From NCBI GenBank assembly GCA_013416795.1, contig RQSC01001193.1, positions 1-51,734 of the forward strand: 51,734 nucleotides of DNA. Reading direction: 5' to 3'. The stretch is from Prasinococcaceae sp. CCMP 1430. Lineage: Eukaryota > Plantae > Prasinodermophyta. Under the pieces are notes generated by a model. The model was not told the origin of the DNA. It did no database searches and saw only the letters and a list, made by a program, of their open reading frames with translations. Position 1 is the stretch's first letter, and every line of letters begins with the position of its first letter. The translations under genes and the position numbers were made by a program. Below, piece by piece: positions 34,297-45,445 of the stretch.

Positions 34297-36709
34297 CTAG
34301 GGCCCTCCGGGGACGTCCGTGCACAACGTGAGCACCTTGACGAGCGTGGCATTGGCAAGCTGTGAATCGCGATCGCCGTGTCGGCCCGTCACCTCGCCGT
34401 CGTCGGACACATGCGGTGCGCTCATGCGCTCGTAGCCCAGCCAGAGCTCGCGCCTCACGAAGAGCGTGCTGCGACGCGTGATGGCGTTGAAGAAGCTCGA
34501 GTGCACGAGCTGCACGCCGTAACTGGCCACGCCCCCCAGATAGTAGTCGAGCGCTGTCCGCGTCCAGATCCCCTGCGGATCGCGCCCGCCTGAGGCGACG
34601 CACCCTGAGCGCGCGCTGCACGACGCCTCGTCCGCGCGCGTGCGCATGTGGCCGAGCGTGCCATACGTCGGTGCCATCGCGTGGCCGTGCAGCGGCGATG
34701 CTTCGTCCGCGCCCATACGCGCATAAATTGCACTGAGCGAGGGCACGTCCGTCAACAGGACGATTCCCCACCTCTCGCTATCTCCCCCGCCTGCGGCACC
34801 TTGCGCGAGTCGTCCCGCACAAGTGAGGCCCGCGTGCAGCGGACCCGCCCCGCGCCCGCTCGCGTCATCCGCCGCCTGGCCGCCGGCCGTGTGCGCCGGC
34901 ATCGACCACGTCTCGTCTTTGCCCAATGAGCACGCCCGCGCGAGCGCTGCCGTTGGCGCCTCGCCGGCCTCGAGCGGGTCGGGATGCTCGGGCCCTCGGC
35001 AGACGGCTTTGCATCCCACCTCGCTCCATGCGACGCACGGCTGCCTCCAATCGCCCGCCACGGGCTTTTCGCGGCCGCTCGGCCCGCACGCTGCCATCAC
35101 ATTCTCGAGGGCTGTCCGGGCACGTGGGGCATGGGCGCGAGGAGGGTCAGGTCTCTGTTAGGCGCACGCTATGCGCGCACGCTCACGCAAGGCTACGGGG
35201 CGCTCGGCGGGCAGAGAGCCGTCGCAAGTGCGCGCACCTGCTAGGTGCGCCATGTCGTTCTCCCACGGGCACTGGAGCGGCACGCCCTCGGCCGCCTTTC
35301 CTAGGATGTCTGCCACTGCGCCGTGCCGCCGCTCGCCGATCCAGTCGGTGACGCCCAGCCGCGAGTGCACATACGAGATGCCATCCCACTCATCGGCGAG
35401 CTTTAAATACGGCGCGAGCAGACCCTGAAAGGCAGGCCTCGGGCGAAACATGGCAAAGCTTAGGCAGCCCAATTCCATTCGCTCTGGCTCAGGTAGCGCG
35501 TCGGAACTGCGCTCGCCCTCCTTGCGCCAAGGCGTGGCATAGTCAGGGTGGAAGGCGACCGCGTTGTGCAGCCCCCACATTGCCGCCAGCCGCAGCGTGA
35601 CCACCGGCGCCGCATCGATCTCCGGCGAGCGCAGGTAATCGAGCGGTTCTGGCAATCCTTGCATGGCGCTGTCCCAGCCGAAGCGCTCGCGCGCGGCCTC
35701 GGCATACATGCCCATCCACTGCTCGCGCGAGTGCTCGCTGAACGCCACTAGCCTTCCACTCTGTACGGTGTGCCCCATCGATAAGCCCTGCTCCGGCGGC
35801 GGCGTGGCCGTCGCGTTGGCGTAGAGCATGCCCCAGTCGTCGACCCAAAGGTGAACGTTTGAGTCGCCGTCGATCGCCCCAAGCCGCGCCTCCACGTCTG
35901 CTCGCGTGCCGGCGTCCCACTGCCAGTCCATCCCCATGAAGCCTCGGAAGTAGTCGCCCATGTCGAAGAGGCAGTGCTTGGTGCTGAGCTCGCAGTCGGA
36001 CAGGCGGAGGTACACGGCGCGGCGTGTCGTCGCCGCGAGCGTCCACACGGGCTCCCACATACTCGCCTGGGCCCGGCAGCCGCGATGAGTCGGTGAAAGC
36101 GCGCGCGCATGTGCATGCGGCGCGCGCGTCGAAAGCACCGGGCAGGGGACGCGCGCAACCGCGTGGGCGGGTTGGCAAGGCGCGCGTGTCAGCTCACGAA
36201 GTCACGTTCCAACGGGCGCGCACACGTGACCACGTCCGCCGCGAGAGGCAAGCGGGTGGGAACCTATGCGTGGAATCATGGCTGCTCGCGCACCGTGTTG
36301 CCGATGCCATGCCAGCGCAGCAGGCCGTCGACCACCAGCGCGCGCCTCGGCGCGGCGTACTCGGGCGCGGCGTACGCTGCCAGCATGCGGTGCGTCGTCG
36401 CGCACTTGGCGCAGTACGCCTCGACCTCTTTCTTCGCCCATTTCCGCTCGGCGAACGCTGGGTCGTCGTCGCGCCCGCCGAGCAGGTCTGCCGTGTCGCA
36501 CGCGCGCCTCCAGTCGAGGGCGCCGGGCGCGCGTGCGCTACCCGCACCCGTGTCCACGCCTGCCCGGTGGCCCGCACGCCCTGCTCCCACCCCTGCGCGC
36601 TCCTGCGCCCCCGCGCCCTGCGCGAGCGCGCCTGCGAGCACCGCAGCGAGCGCGAGCGCGGCGGGCAGGTGTCAAGCCTCGCTGGCAGGGAGGCCACGCG
36701 CAAATTCAT
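34297..36709 (-). CDS. Putative secreted/Golgi fucosyltransferase-superfamily (GT-B) glycosyltransferase; introns 36067..36293 and 35112..35237; frame break near the start
   Basis: Signal-like LPAALALAAVLAG, GIGN...LAATTRRAVYL, HSRLGVTD, IVLLTD and ALDYYL...LVHSSFF resemble fucosyltransferase motifs I-III. Both introns join in phase. Confidence 0.55.
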
Positions 36710-37091
36710 CACCTCCCCACCCACCCACCCACCCACCCCGCCCGCCCACCCGCCGCCGCCAGCGCGCCGGCGGCGGCGTGTGGCTCGCGCGCCTCGCAAA
36801 GGTGGGCGCGCCTGCAGCTGCCGTGACGCGCCGGGGAACGGGAACGCCTCGCCATCAAAACGAATGGACGTTTGGGAACGGGACGCGAATTGAAATTCTC
36901 CGAGACTGGTCCTGATCGAGGGCAGAGGCGCTCGACGTGACGCATTCCATTCACGGCAGGCGCGGGGTCTCGCGTGTGTGTCTAGCTAGACACGCACGAG
37001 GGTGTAGCGCTACGTGCACACATACATGGGACGCGGATTGCGTTGTGTCGCGGTGTGATGGTTACGCACGCGCACGTGCCGGCGCTCAGGC

Positions 37092-37920
37092 TCAGGGCGA
37101 GGCGGCGTAATCAGCGACGGCGGCAGCGGCCTTCGGGGCCCAGCCTCCAGCGCGCGCCTGTTTGTACCCCTCCGCCGCAGCCGCGATCGTCGCCTTGCCG
37201 CCAAGCGGCGCCGCGACCTCGTCGGCGGCGTCGGCATCACCGGCAGCGAACAGGAAGCCCGCGAGGGCGGCACGCATGTCGCTCGCGGCCTCCGGCGGAG
37301 TCTCCGGGTCGGCGATGGCGTCGCGCGCGCTCTTCGTGGCGAGTTCGGGGAAGCCCAGCTCGTACTGCGCGAGCGCTGTGTACGCGCGCGCGAGCTGTGC
37401 CACGCCGCTGTAATCGTCGAGTTCTGCCTCCTCGTACGCGTCAATGGCACCGTCCCAGTCGCCAGCGGCACCACGGGCGTTGCCAAGGGCGCACAGGGTG
37501 AATCCTGAGGCGTAGCTGAAAGCCTTGCGCTCGAGCTCCGCGGACTTCTCCAGGTCGCTCGCGGCGCCCGAGTAGTCACCCACCTGCAGGCGCAGCACTC
37601 CGCGGTTCGACCATCCCGCGGCGTTGGACTCGTCGATGGCAATGGCTCTCGTCCACGCCGCTTCGGCGGCCGTCACATCACCCTTTTGCGCGAGCTGCGG
37701 GATGGAGCGAGGCGGCGGTGGGGAGGGTGGATGGGAAACGTCAGCGATGGTCAGCACCTGCGCTAGGAGGCGCGCCGGCGTGGCCACGGCGACGCGCGCA
37801 TACCTCGAAAGCCTCGGTAAACGCCGCCTGCAGTTCCTGCTGCTTCCCTCCGAAGAGCGACGCCTCCGCAGGCCGCGCGGCCACGCCCGCCACCGCGGCC
37901 GCGCCGCCGAGCAGCGCCGC
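37092..37920 (-). CDS. Second lumen-type TPR protein, likely paralogue of 19160-20420; intron 37695..37803; 5' end lost in the gap
   Basis: AAGWSNRG, LGNARGAAGDW, DMRAALAGFL and W-x-P near the C-terminus. Hydrophobic signal ending AEA before SLFGG. Confidence 0.75.
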
Positions 37921-38201
37921 NNNNNNNNNNNNNNNNNNNNNNNNNNNNNNNNNNNNNNNNNNNNNNNNNNNNNNNNNNNNNNNNNNNNNNNNNNNNNNNN
38001 NNNNNNNNNNNNNNNNNNNNNNNNNNNNNNNNNNNNNNNNNNNNNNNNNNNNNNNNNNNNNNNNNNNNNNNNNNNNNNNNNNNNNNNNNNNNNNNNNNNN
38101 NNNNNNNNNNNNNNNNNNNNNNNNNNNNNNNNNNNNNNNNNNNNNNNNNNNNNNNNNNNNNNNNNNNNNNNNNNNNNNNNNNNNNNNNNNNNNNNNNNNN
38201 N
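37921..38201. other. Assembly gap (281 n) hiding the 5' ends of two divergent genes
   Basis: Run of n, seen directly. Confidence 1.
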
Positions 38202-39719
38202 GGCGCGCGCCGCTCGCGCTGCTCCTCGCCGCCGTGGCGGCCGCGGCGGCCAGAGCGGCGGCCGCGCCCCAGGACGCAGAGATCAGGGAGGACGTCACCA
38301 ACATCCTCACCACGTTGCAGCGGGGAAGTGCGACTGGGGCGAAGGCGGGCGCCTCCGCCGCCGCTGGCGTGGGAGAGCGTGCTGTGGAAGTTGCTGGGAC
38401 TGCGGTCATCGGTGGCAACCGAGAGGGCGCGGACGTGGGCGCAGACGCTGCTGGCGAGTCGGACGCAGACGCAGGCTCGAGCGAGGGCACAGGCGCACAG
38501 AATTTTGGTCACATCTCGAGACAGCAGGGAGCAACACTGGACGCCCAGGACCAGGGCTTGGAAAATATATTCGAGTCTGCTTCGCGCGACGACTACGAGG
38601 GTTGGCTGTGGGATGGCCCGCACCAAGGCTTCACGCAAGGCCGCCGTGGTCATGGCCTGATTTTACTGCAGCATGTTCGCAAGGCTGGCGGCACGACGCT
38701 GTGCTCGATGTTGCGCCAGAACATGAACGCGACCGGCGCTGACTGCATGTTGAACACTCGCATAGTTGGCATCACCAAGTTCTACCGCACGCTTGCGTCG
38801 TTTGCCTCGCCGTTCAAGAGCCTGCAGGATGTTCGGGAGTTCATGGCCCAGAAGCGGCTCGAAGCGGCGTCCTCGGAGGACGGTGGCGTCCCCGCCTATG
38901 CGGTGCCGCACGATGTGAGCGAAAGCGATCACCAACAGTGGGTGTTCTTGACCTCCATGCGAGATCCCATCGACAGGATCGTCTCAGCCATGCGCTACGA
39001 GGGATATGGATATCGGCGGGCGGTGGACCGAGCTAAGCGAAACGGCATAAATGCGCCAGATCTCTTTCAGTGGGTGCTCGACTATGGTTCCTATCGCCCC
39101 GGACACCACGCCTTTGGTTGCCACCTCGACAATTACCAGACGCGTGTATTCGCGCGCGCGTGTGGCGAGGAGCGAAACATGACTCAAGCTGACTTTGACA
39201 AAGCCGCGAAGGCTGTCAAAAGGTGCGTTCGTGTGTCGATCGCTGATCCTGGGGACATCACAGTCGACGCGGACGTACGACGCTCGTACAGTGCGTCCTG
39301 TTACTTTCAGTGCTGACCTGTCCATTCCACCCCCTTCCTTCCCTCCGCCGCGCACGCACACGTCACACGGCAGCTACGACATCTGCTTCGTGATCGAGTG
39401 GCTGAGCGAGATGGCGCCGCTGCTGAAATACCTGCTTGGCTTGGAGCACTTGGATGCCTCGCCGCGCAACGTGCTTGCTGCGGGCGGGCCCGACTGGGGG
39501 CATGGGCGCACCGACTTCGTGGCCGAGCTTGGGAGGAAGCGCGCGCTCGAGAGGTCGAGCACGACGTCGCACGCTAGCAAGCTCTTGACGAAAGAGCAGC
39601 TTGCGCGGCTGCGCGAAGTCCACTCGTGGGACGTGAAGCTGTACCGCGTCTGCCAGCGGAGCGCCGCGGCGCTGGCAAAGAAGCACCTCTTCCTGCCGTA
39701 CGTGCGCCACCATCTTTGA
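38202..39719 (+). CDS. Golgi-type sulfotransferase (Sulfotransfer_2-like); join(<38202..39222,39374..39719)
   Basis: 5'-PSB-like LQHVRKAGGTT and 3'-PB-like RDPIDRIVS motifs. N-terminal hydrophobic LALLLAAVAAAAA. The intron gtgcgt...gcag is in phase. Confidence 0.78.
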
Positions 39720-39779
39720 TCGGAGTCACTATTATAGCTCCGGTGTTTATACAGTATAGTACAGTTTGCTAAAAGGCCA

Positions 39780-41655
39780 CTATTGCGCAAACCTCCACTG
39801 TATGTGATACCTGCAGAAGCTCTCGACAGCGGGAGAGGCGGCGCGCCACAGCTCCTCCAGCGCCGTGCCCTTCTGCCCGCTCGCGCCATCGCGCCCGCCG
39901 TCCATACCCTCGAGGAGTAAGCGCTCCTTCATGCTCACGCTGCTCCGGAACGTCCACATCGCGGATCGCAGCACCGCTGCACTGTCCTCGCCCATGCCGC
40001 GCGCTGCAGCCGCCGCCCTCGCCGCGGCGGCCACCGAGCCCTTCTCCAGCACCGCTTCCACGACATTGCTGACGTGAAAGTCTGGGGGCGGGCACATGGG
40101 AAGGATGCGAGCGTCAGCACAACACCCACAACACGAAGCTCGGCGCAGCCGCACTCGCACAGCCAAGCGCGCGCGGCAGCGCGGCTAAGTTGCAGGCGCG
40201 GCACGCACCGACGGCGGCTGGGAGGCAGTCCACCGGCTGCAGCGCGCCGATCGATCGCAATGACAGCAGCGCGGACGGCTCGGCCTCCGCGGGGCAACGC
40301 GCTTTCGTCGGCGTGCCAGTGGCGACGTCGCCATCGTACGCACGCTCGAGCCAATCCATCCAGTCGCCCTTGACGTCGCAGCTAGAAGCGGGGGCGATGC
40401 CACACTCTGCCGCGCCCAGAGCCGACCGGAAGAGCACGGAACCGCAAGAGAGCTGCGCTACCGGCGGTGGCTCCACGTCGCGGTCCAGCAGGCGACGCTG
40501 CCAGAGCGCCGCCGAAGCCTCCATCATCGCCACGTCGCCGTGCATGCCGCCCAGCGCCTTGCGCAGCAGCAGCGCGCGCACAAGCAATATTCGCTTCGCG
40601 ACGCCCTTGTCCCCAGCTGCCGCGGCCGCTGCGGCGCGCTCATTTAACGACGCAAGCGTAGGAGGGGAGGTGTCGCCCTGCGTGGGCATCGCGACAGGGT
40701 CGCGCACGCGCACCTCAGCTAGCTGCGCTGCGATGCTGATGGTCTCGTGCAGCATGGCCGCCGGCGGGCAATAGCCCTTCCCTTGCGCCGCAGCCATCCA
40801 GCACAGGAAGGGCATTGACGGATGCAGCACGGCGTCTTCGATGACGACAACAGGTAGCCGGCGCACGAGCTGCCCGACGTCCGAGCACGCGATGTGCCAC
40901 GCCGCGCGGGTCGTCGCCGCCGATCGACACCGCCTGACCGCCTTCTGCAGCACGGACTTGGCAAGCGCCGGCGGCACGCGCGGGCGCACCGCCGGCTCGG
41001 CCTTCTGCACAGCCTGCGGATCAGGCGCAAAGTCGGTCGAGAGCGTGAGCACGCACTCCCCCGCCGAGCTCTCCTTGATGACCATCGTCGCGGACCACGC
41101 CGACGCCGCGGCCGCCTCGCACTCGGCCTTCCCGCTCGTCCACGAGCATTTCCAGCGGCCCGTGGCCGCGTCACGCCCGAGGTGGAATCGCTCGCGCCGC
41201 GTCGCAGCCTTGCGCGCGCCCGTCATGAGCGCGGCTAGCGCGTTGCCCTTGGGCTTCTTGCGCCCCTCGGGCGACGCGGTTGGCGGCGGCACGCGCGAAG
41301 CAGCCGGCGGAGCCTCCTGGCTCTCGTCGCCGCCGGTGCTATCACGGCCGGCGTCCGCGCGCAAGCCGGAACCCGGACGATGCGTCTGCGGCGTGACACC
41401 CTGCGTGGCCAGTTGCGTCTGTGTCTGCGTCTGCGTCTGCGCCTGCGAGCCGCCGTCGCAGCCGGCATCGAGGTGCGCGTTGATGAGCACGTCCGGCACT
41501 GACCTCCCGCAGCACGGGCACTGCACGAACGACGCCCGCGCAGGCGGCCGCGGACGCCGGTCGTGCGGCGGCGCGCCGGCGGTGGCATCCGCGGCGGCGT
41601 GCGCGTCGCGCGCGCGCTTGCGCGCGCCCTGCGAGGGGATCAGGAAGCGCTCCAT
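39780..41655 (-). CDS. UBZ4 (Rad18-type) zinc finger + MgsA/WRNIP1-like helical domain protein; complement(join(39780..40081,40209..41655)), 582 aa
   Basis: VQCPCCGRSVPDVLINAHLDAGC. KSVLQKAVRR...LVRRLPVVVIED. Spliced AAVDFHVS. Confidence 0.7.
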
Positions 41656-41793
41656 CGCCACCCGCGGCAACACCCTCCACCCACCCACCCGCCCACCCAC
41701 CCCGAGGGGGGCAACACCCGCGGGCGCGGCGCGCTGTGACGGTGTGCGCGCGCGCAAACGCGAACATTTCGAATATTCCTCGCACGCAAAAAT

Positions 41794-43731
41794 TCAGAAA
41801 CCCTGAATTATTATAACCCTTATTAGTTGCACGCCACCGCGCGCTCGCCACACGCGCGCACGCAGCCACGCACACAGCCGCGTGCACGCACGCACGCACG
41901 CACGCACGCGCACGCACGCACGCGTCCTACTCCCGCGCGAGGCCGCGCGCGCGCACGCGTGGGGCGAAGCGCCGCTGGCGCGGCGTGGGGGGCGCCGCAG
42001 GCTCATCGTCGGCCCGCCCGAGTCGCAGCACGAGCGCGGCGCCCAGCCCAGCGCGGCCGCAACGCGCGCCGCGCCCGCTCGCGCCCCCGCGAGGTTGAGG
42101 GCGTCGGGCCCCAGCTGCAGGGTTGCGTAGGCACCCATGACGTACAGCTGGGCGCCCTCGGCCCATCGTAGCTCGGGGGTGAGCCCAGGGAGGCCCCCTG
42201 GCGTCCCTCCGCGCGGCGGGAGCGGGCTGTCTGGCGCCGCGAGTGGCCCCAGCACGGGGTCAGCACGGACGTCAGCGTCGGAGCCCGTAGCCAGCCACAC
42301 GCGGTTGCAAACGAGGGTTGTGCCATCGCTCAGCTCGAGGCGCCATGCGCCCGCTCGTCCTCCGCGTCTGTCGGAGGCTAAGTCCTTGCCGCTCCGTTGC
42401 GCGGGCGCAGGCTCCCACGTGGCCGCCCAGACCTCGACGTCCTCGCGAGCGTCGAGACGGCCCGCTTTTGCCTCGGCGCGCACGCGCGCGACCAGCTCAG
42501 GCGAGGCGGTCGCGCATCTCCGTGCGGCGCGCGCGGCTGCCAGCCGCGCCTCGGCGTCGGGTTCGGACCAGTAGGCCGCGAGCCGCACGTTGCGACCGAT
42601 CGACATCCACGGGTCGTCCAAGTCGAACTGACGAATCTCAATTTCCCGCCGAGCCACAAGCGTCGCTCGGGCGTAGCCCAGGCGCGAGCGCGCCGCCAGC
42701 GCCAGGTGACACGCGGTCAGGGCGCCACCGATGACGCACACTGTCTCACCGGCATGTGAGGCGACCGACGCCGCGCGGCCAGCTTCGAAGAGGTCGTGCG
42801 CGTGAGCTATCGCCCCCGGCGGGGCGCCCGCCGCTTCCGCCTGCGCCTTGGCCTCCAAGGCCCACTCTGGCCACCTGGGGGCCGCCGCAAATCCGCCCGC
42901 GAACACCACGCGCTCCGCCTGCACGGTCTGAATGCGGGGAGATCGCTGCGGCGCCTCCGCACCTCTGCCGCCCTCATCGGTGGCCGCCACGGCGTCGCGC
43001 TCGGTGCCGCTCTCGTTCGCTACGGGCAACGCCACGTCGACCTCGATCCACCGCCCCCCCTCGCCTGCCCCCGGGCGCAGGGCCGTGACTGTGCCCCGCG
43101 CGAGCGAGTCCCCGAGGCGGTAGCGCCGCGAGATCTGCTCACAGTGCGCGTTGAAGAGCGCAGTCGAGGGAGCGTCGAAGGGCCCGTGAAAATCGGGGCG
43201 CTTGTTCAGCCCCTTGAGCTGCACCCAGTGATCGAGCCTGCCCGAGCCGCTGCGCTCGGAGACGGCCACCACGGGGGGGCCGTCGAAGCGCTCGGACGCG
43301 ACCGAGAGCGCGTCCATGTCAGTGGGGTCGAGGTGGGTGAAGCGCGTCGAGCGCAGGTGTTCTATGCCAAGCAGGTCGAACGCGGACTGCCACCGCGACA
43401 TCCACGCCCCTCGCGGGTCGACGACGATCAGATCCTCCGGGTCGAGGGGCGCGTGTGGGGTCGCGTACATGGCCTTGATGATCTCGTGCTTGGCGCGCTG
43501 CCTCTCGCGCTCCTCGTTCTTCTTGACGTGGTAGTAGCGCCCGTCCTTCGCCTCGCGGAACATGGCACGGTTGCCCGGCCACTCGGCCCAGCGGTCTACC
43601 AGCGGCTCGCGGAGCCGCGCGCACAGCGCCAGAGCGTGCGGGCCCGCACCCACTACAAGCAGCCGCGTGCGCGCGGGCAGGCGGGCGCCACAGCCGTCGC
43701 GGGCGTCGGCATTCGGAGGCGCAGGGGACAT
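41794..43731 (-). CDS. FAD/NAD(P)-dependent oxidoreductase (N-hydroxylating monooxygenase-like flavoprotein superfamily); C-terminus uncertain
   Basis: LLVVGAGPHAL, HLRS, VIGGALTACHLA, WLATG, and LYVMGAYATLQLGPDALNLAGAR. Confidence 0.75.
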   Translation of the reverse strand: MSPAPPNADARDGCGARLPARTRLLVVGAGPHALALCARLREPLVDRWAEWPGNRAMFREAKDGRYYHVKKNEERERQRAKHEIIKAMYATPHAPLDPEDLIVVDPRGAWMSRWQSAFDLLGIEHLRSTRFTHLDPTDMDALSVASERFDGPPVVAVSERSGSGRLDHWVQLKGLNKRPDFHGPFDAPSTALFNAHCEQISRRYRLGDSLARGTVTALRPGAGEGGRWIEVDVALPVANESGTERDAVAATDEGGRGAEAPQRSPRIQTVQAERVVFAGGFAAAPRWPEWALEAKAQAEAAGAPPGAIAHAHDLFEAGRAASVASHAGETVCVIGGALTACHLALAARSRLGYARATLVARREIEIRQFDLDDPWMSIGRNVRLAAYWSEPDAEARLAAARAARRCATASPELVARVRAEAKAGRLDAREDVEVWAATWEPAPAQRSGKDLASDRRGGRAGAWRLELSDGTTLVCNRVWLATGSDADVRADPVLGPLAAPDSPLPPRGGTPGGLPGLTPELRWAEGAQLYVMGAYATLQLGPDALNLAGARAGAARVAAALGWAPRSCCDSGGPTMSLRRPPRRASGASPHACARAASRGSRTRACVRVRACVRACTRLCAWLRARVWRARGGVQLIRVIIIQGF

Positions 43732-43911
43732 CGCGTGCAGCGCCAGCCGAGCCCGTAGGGCCCGCCCTGAGAGGCCTACGGGTCAGGGCCGGCCACGCGC
43801 GCCGCACGCTGGTGGTTGACCCCGCTGGAGCAGGGTTCGCACGTTGCGGCGGCGCGCGGCGGCGGCAGAGGGGTGGCGAGTGGGTTGAGGGATGGGGGTG
43901 GCGCGGGGGGC

Positions 43912-45340
43912 ATGCGACCACGAACGCTTGCCGCGGCCGCGTTCGGATGCGGGGCGCTCGCGGCGGCTGCCGCGGGAGCCGCGCGTGACGACAGGGTGCT
44001 CAGCAACGAGCTCGCGTTCCTGCGCGACCTGCCGAAAATCTTCAGAGGTGAGTGTGCTGGGGCACCGCGCGATCGGAGGAGCTTGCCTGCGAGCGGCCGC
44101 TGACACTGCTGCTTGCTGCCGTCGCCACACGCACCGACGGCGCGCGCGCGCGCATCCGCGCGCCTTCCCACGATCTCTCGCTCTCTCTTGCGCACGCTCT
44201 GGGCGCGCGTGTGCAGGCAAGTGGGAGGGGCCCGGCCTGCACCCGCTCAACCCGGGCACGCTCATCGACCTCGTGCGCTGCGGCCCGGCACTCGAGTCGG
44301 TCGAGGAGTTCGCGCGTGCCAAGCTTCCGTGGGGTTGCAGCTCGTCGATTGCGGTGGTCGATCTGGACACCGGTGACCACGCGTTCGTCAACGCCACGGA
44401 GGTCTTCCCGGCCGCGTCGACCATAAAACTGCCAGTGCTCGTCGCCCTCTACGAGGCGGTCGACAGGGGTCACGTATCAATGGCCGAGGCGCTTGAGCTG
44501 CGCGAAGAGCTCCTTGGCGCGCACAGCGGCGGAATGCAGTACCGCCCGCTGGGTACGGAATTCACGGTGGGCGAGACCGCGCACCAGATGGCCGCCGTCA
44601 GTGACAACACTGCGACCAACATGCTCATCGCCAGGCTCGGTGGCTTCGAGACGCTCAACCAGCAATTCAAGCGCTGGGGTATGCAGGACACCGTGCTGCG
44701 GCAGAAGTTGCCTGACCTCGACGGCCACAACACGACCTCTGCGCGAGATCTCGCGTACTTGCTCACGCTCGTCGACACTGGCCACATCCTCGGGCTGCGC
44801 TCGCGGGATCGCCTGCTCCTGACAATGACCGAGTGCTCCAACGAGGCCATGCTTCGATCGAGCGTGAGGCCCGGGGCGCACGTGGCGAACAAGACAGGTG
44901 ACATCGGGTTTGTGGTGGTGAGTGTACACGTGCGCCGCTCCAAGCAAGCCTCACACGCGTGACCGTTCCCCCCTCGCGCGCGCGAGCTGACGTGCCGCCC
45001 CGCACCTGTCTCACGCCCGCACGCTCGCGCGCGCGCGCGCGCATTCCAGGGCGACGCGGGGCTCGTGACCACCGTCAAGGGGCGGCGCTACGTGGCGGTG
45101 GGCTTCGCGCGCCGTCCGTACAACGAGGAGGCCGGCAGCCGCTACCTACGCTCGGTGTTTGAGCGTGCGCACGACGCGCTCGACACGCAGCACCCTGACG
45201 CGGCCGTCGCGGCCATCGAGTATCCTGTGGTGGGCACGGCGCTGTACGACGAGTTCGTCGAGGCCATGCGCGACCGCTCGCCCGACGGCGTGCGGCATCG
45301 AAAGGAGGTCGTTGAGCGTCGCATGGCAGGGCGCTGGTAA
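43912..45340 (+). CDS. Class A beta-lactamase-fold serine hydrolase, cyanobacterial PBP-A type; join(43912..44047,44217..44917,45050..45340), 375 aa
   Basis: SxxK (STIK, 44417-44428), SDN (44600-44608), KTG (44891-44899) and PDLDG in the omega-loop region. Two in-phase GT-AG introns. Confidence 0.9.
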
Positions 45341-45445
45341 AAACAATTTTCGCTACTATTGGACACTATCTATTATCCCACCATTGCACGCTGCGCGCAG
45401 GTGCTGCGAACGGGAGAGCATGCCCACTCGCACGAGCTCGCGCGC

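Noticed and set aside
43912-45340. Bacterial contamination or an antibiotic-resistance gene
   Set aside because: It has two spliceosomal introns, is contiguous with algal genes, and lacks the Glu166 equivalent.
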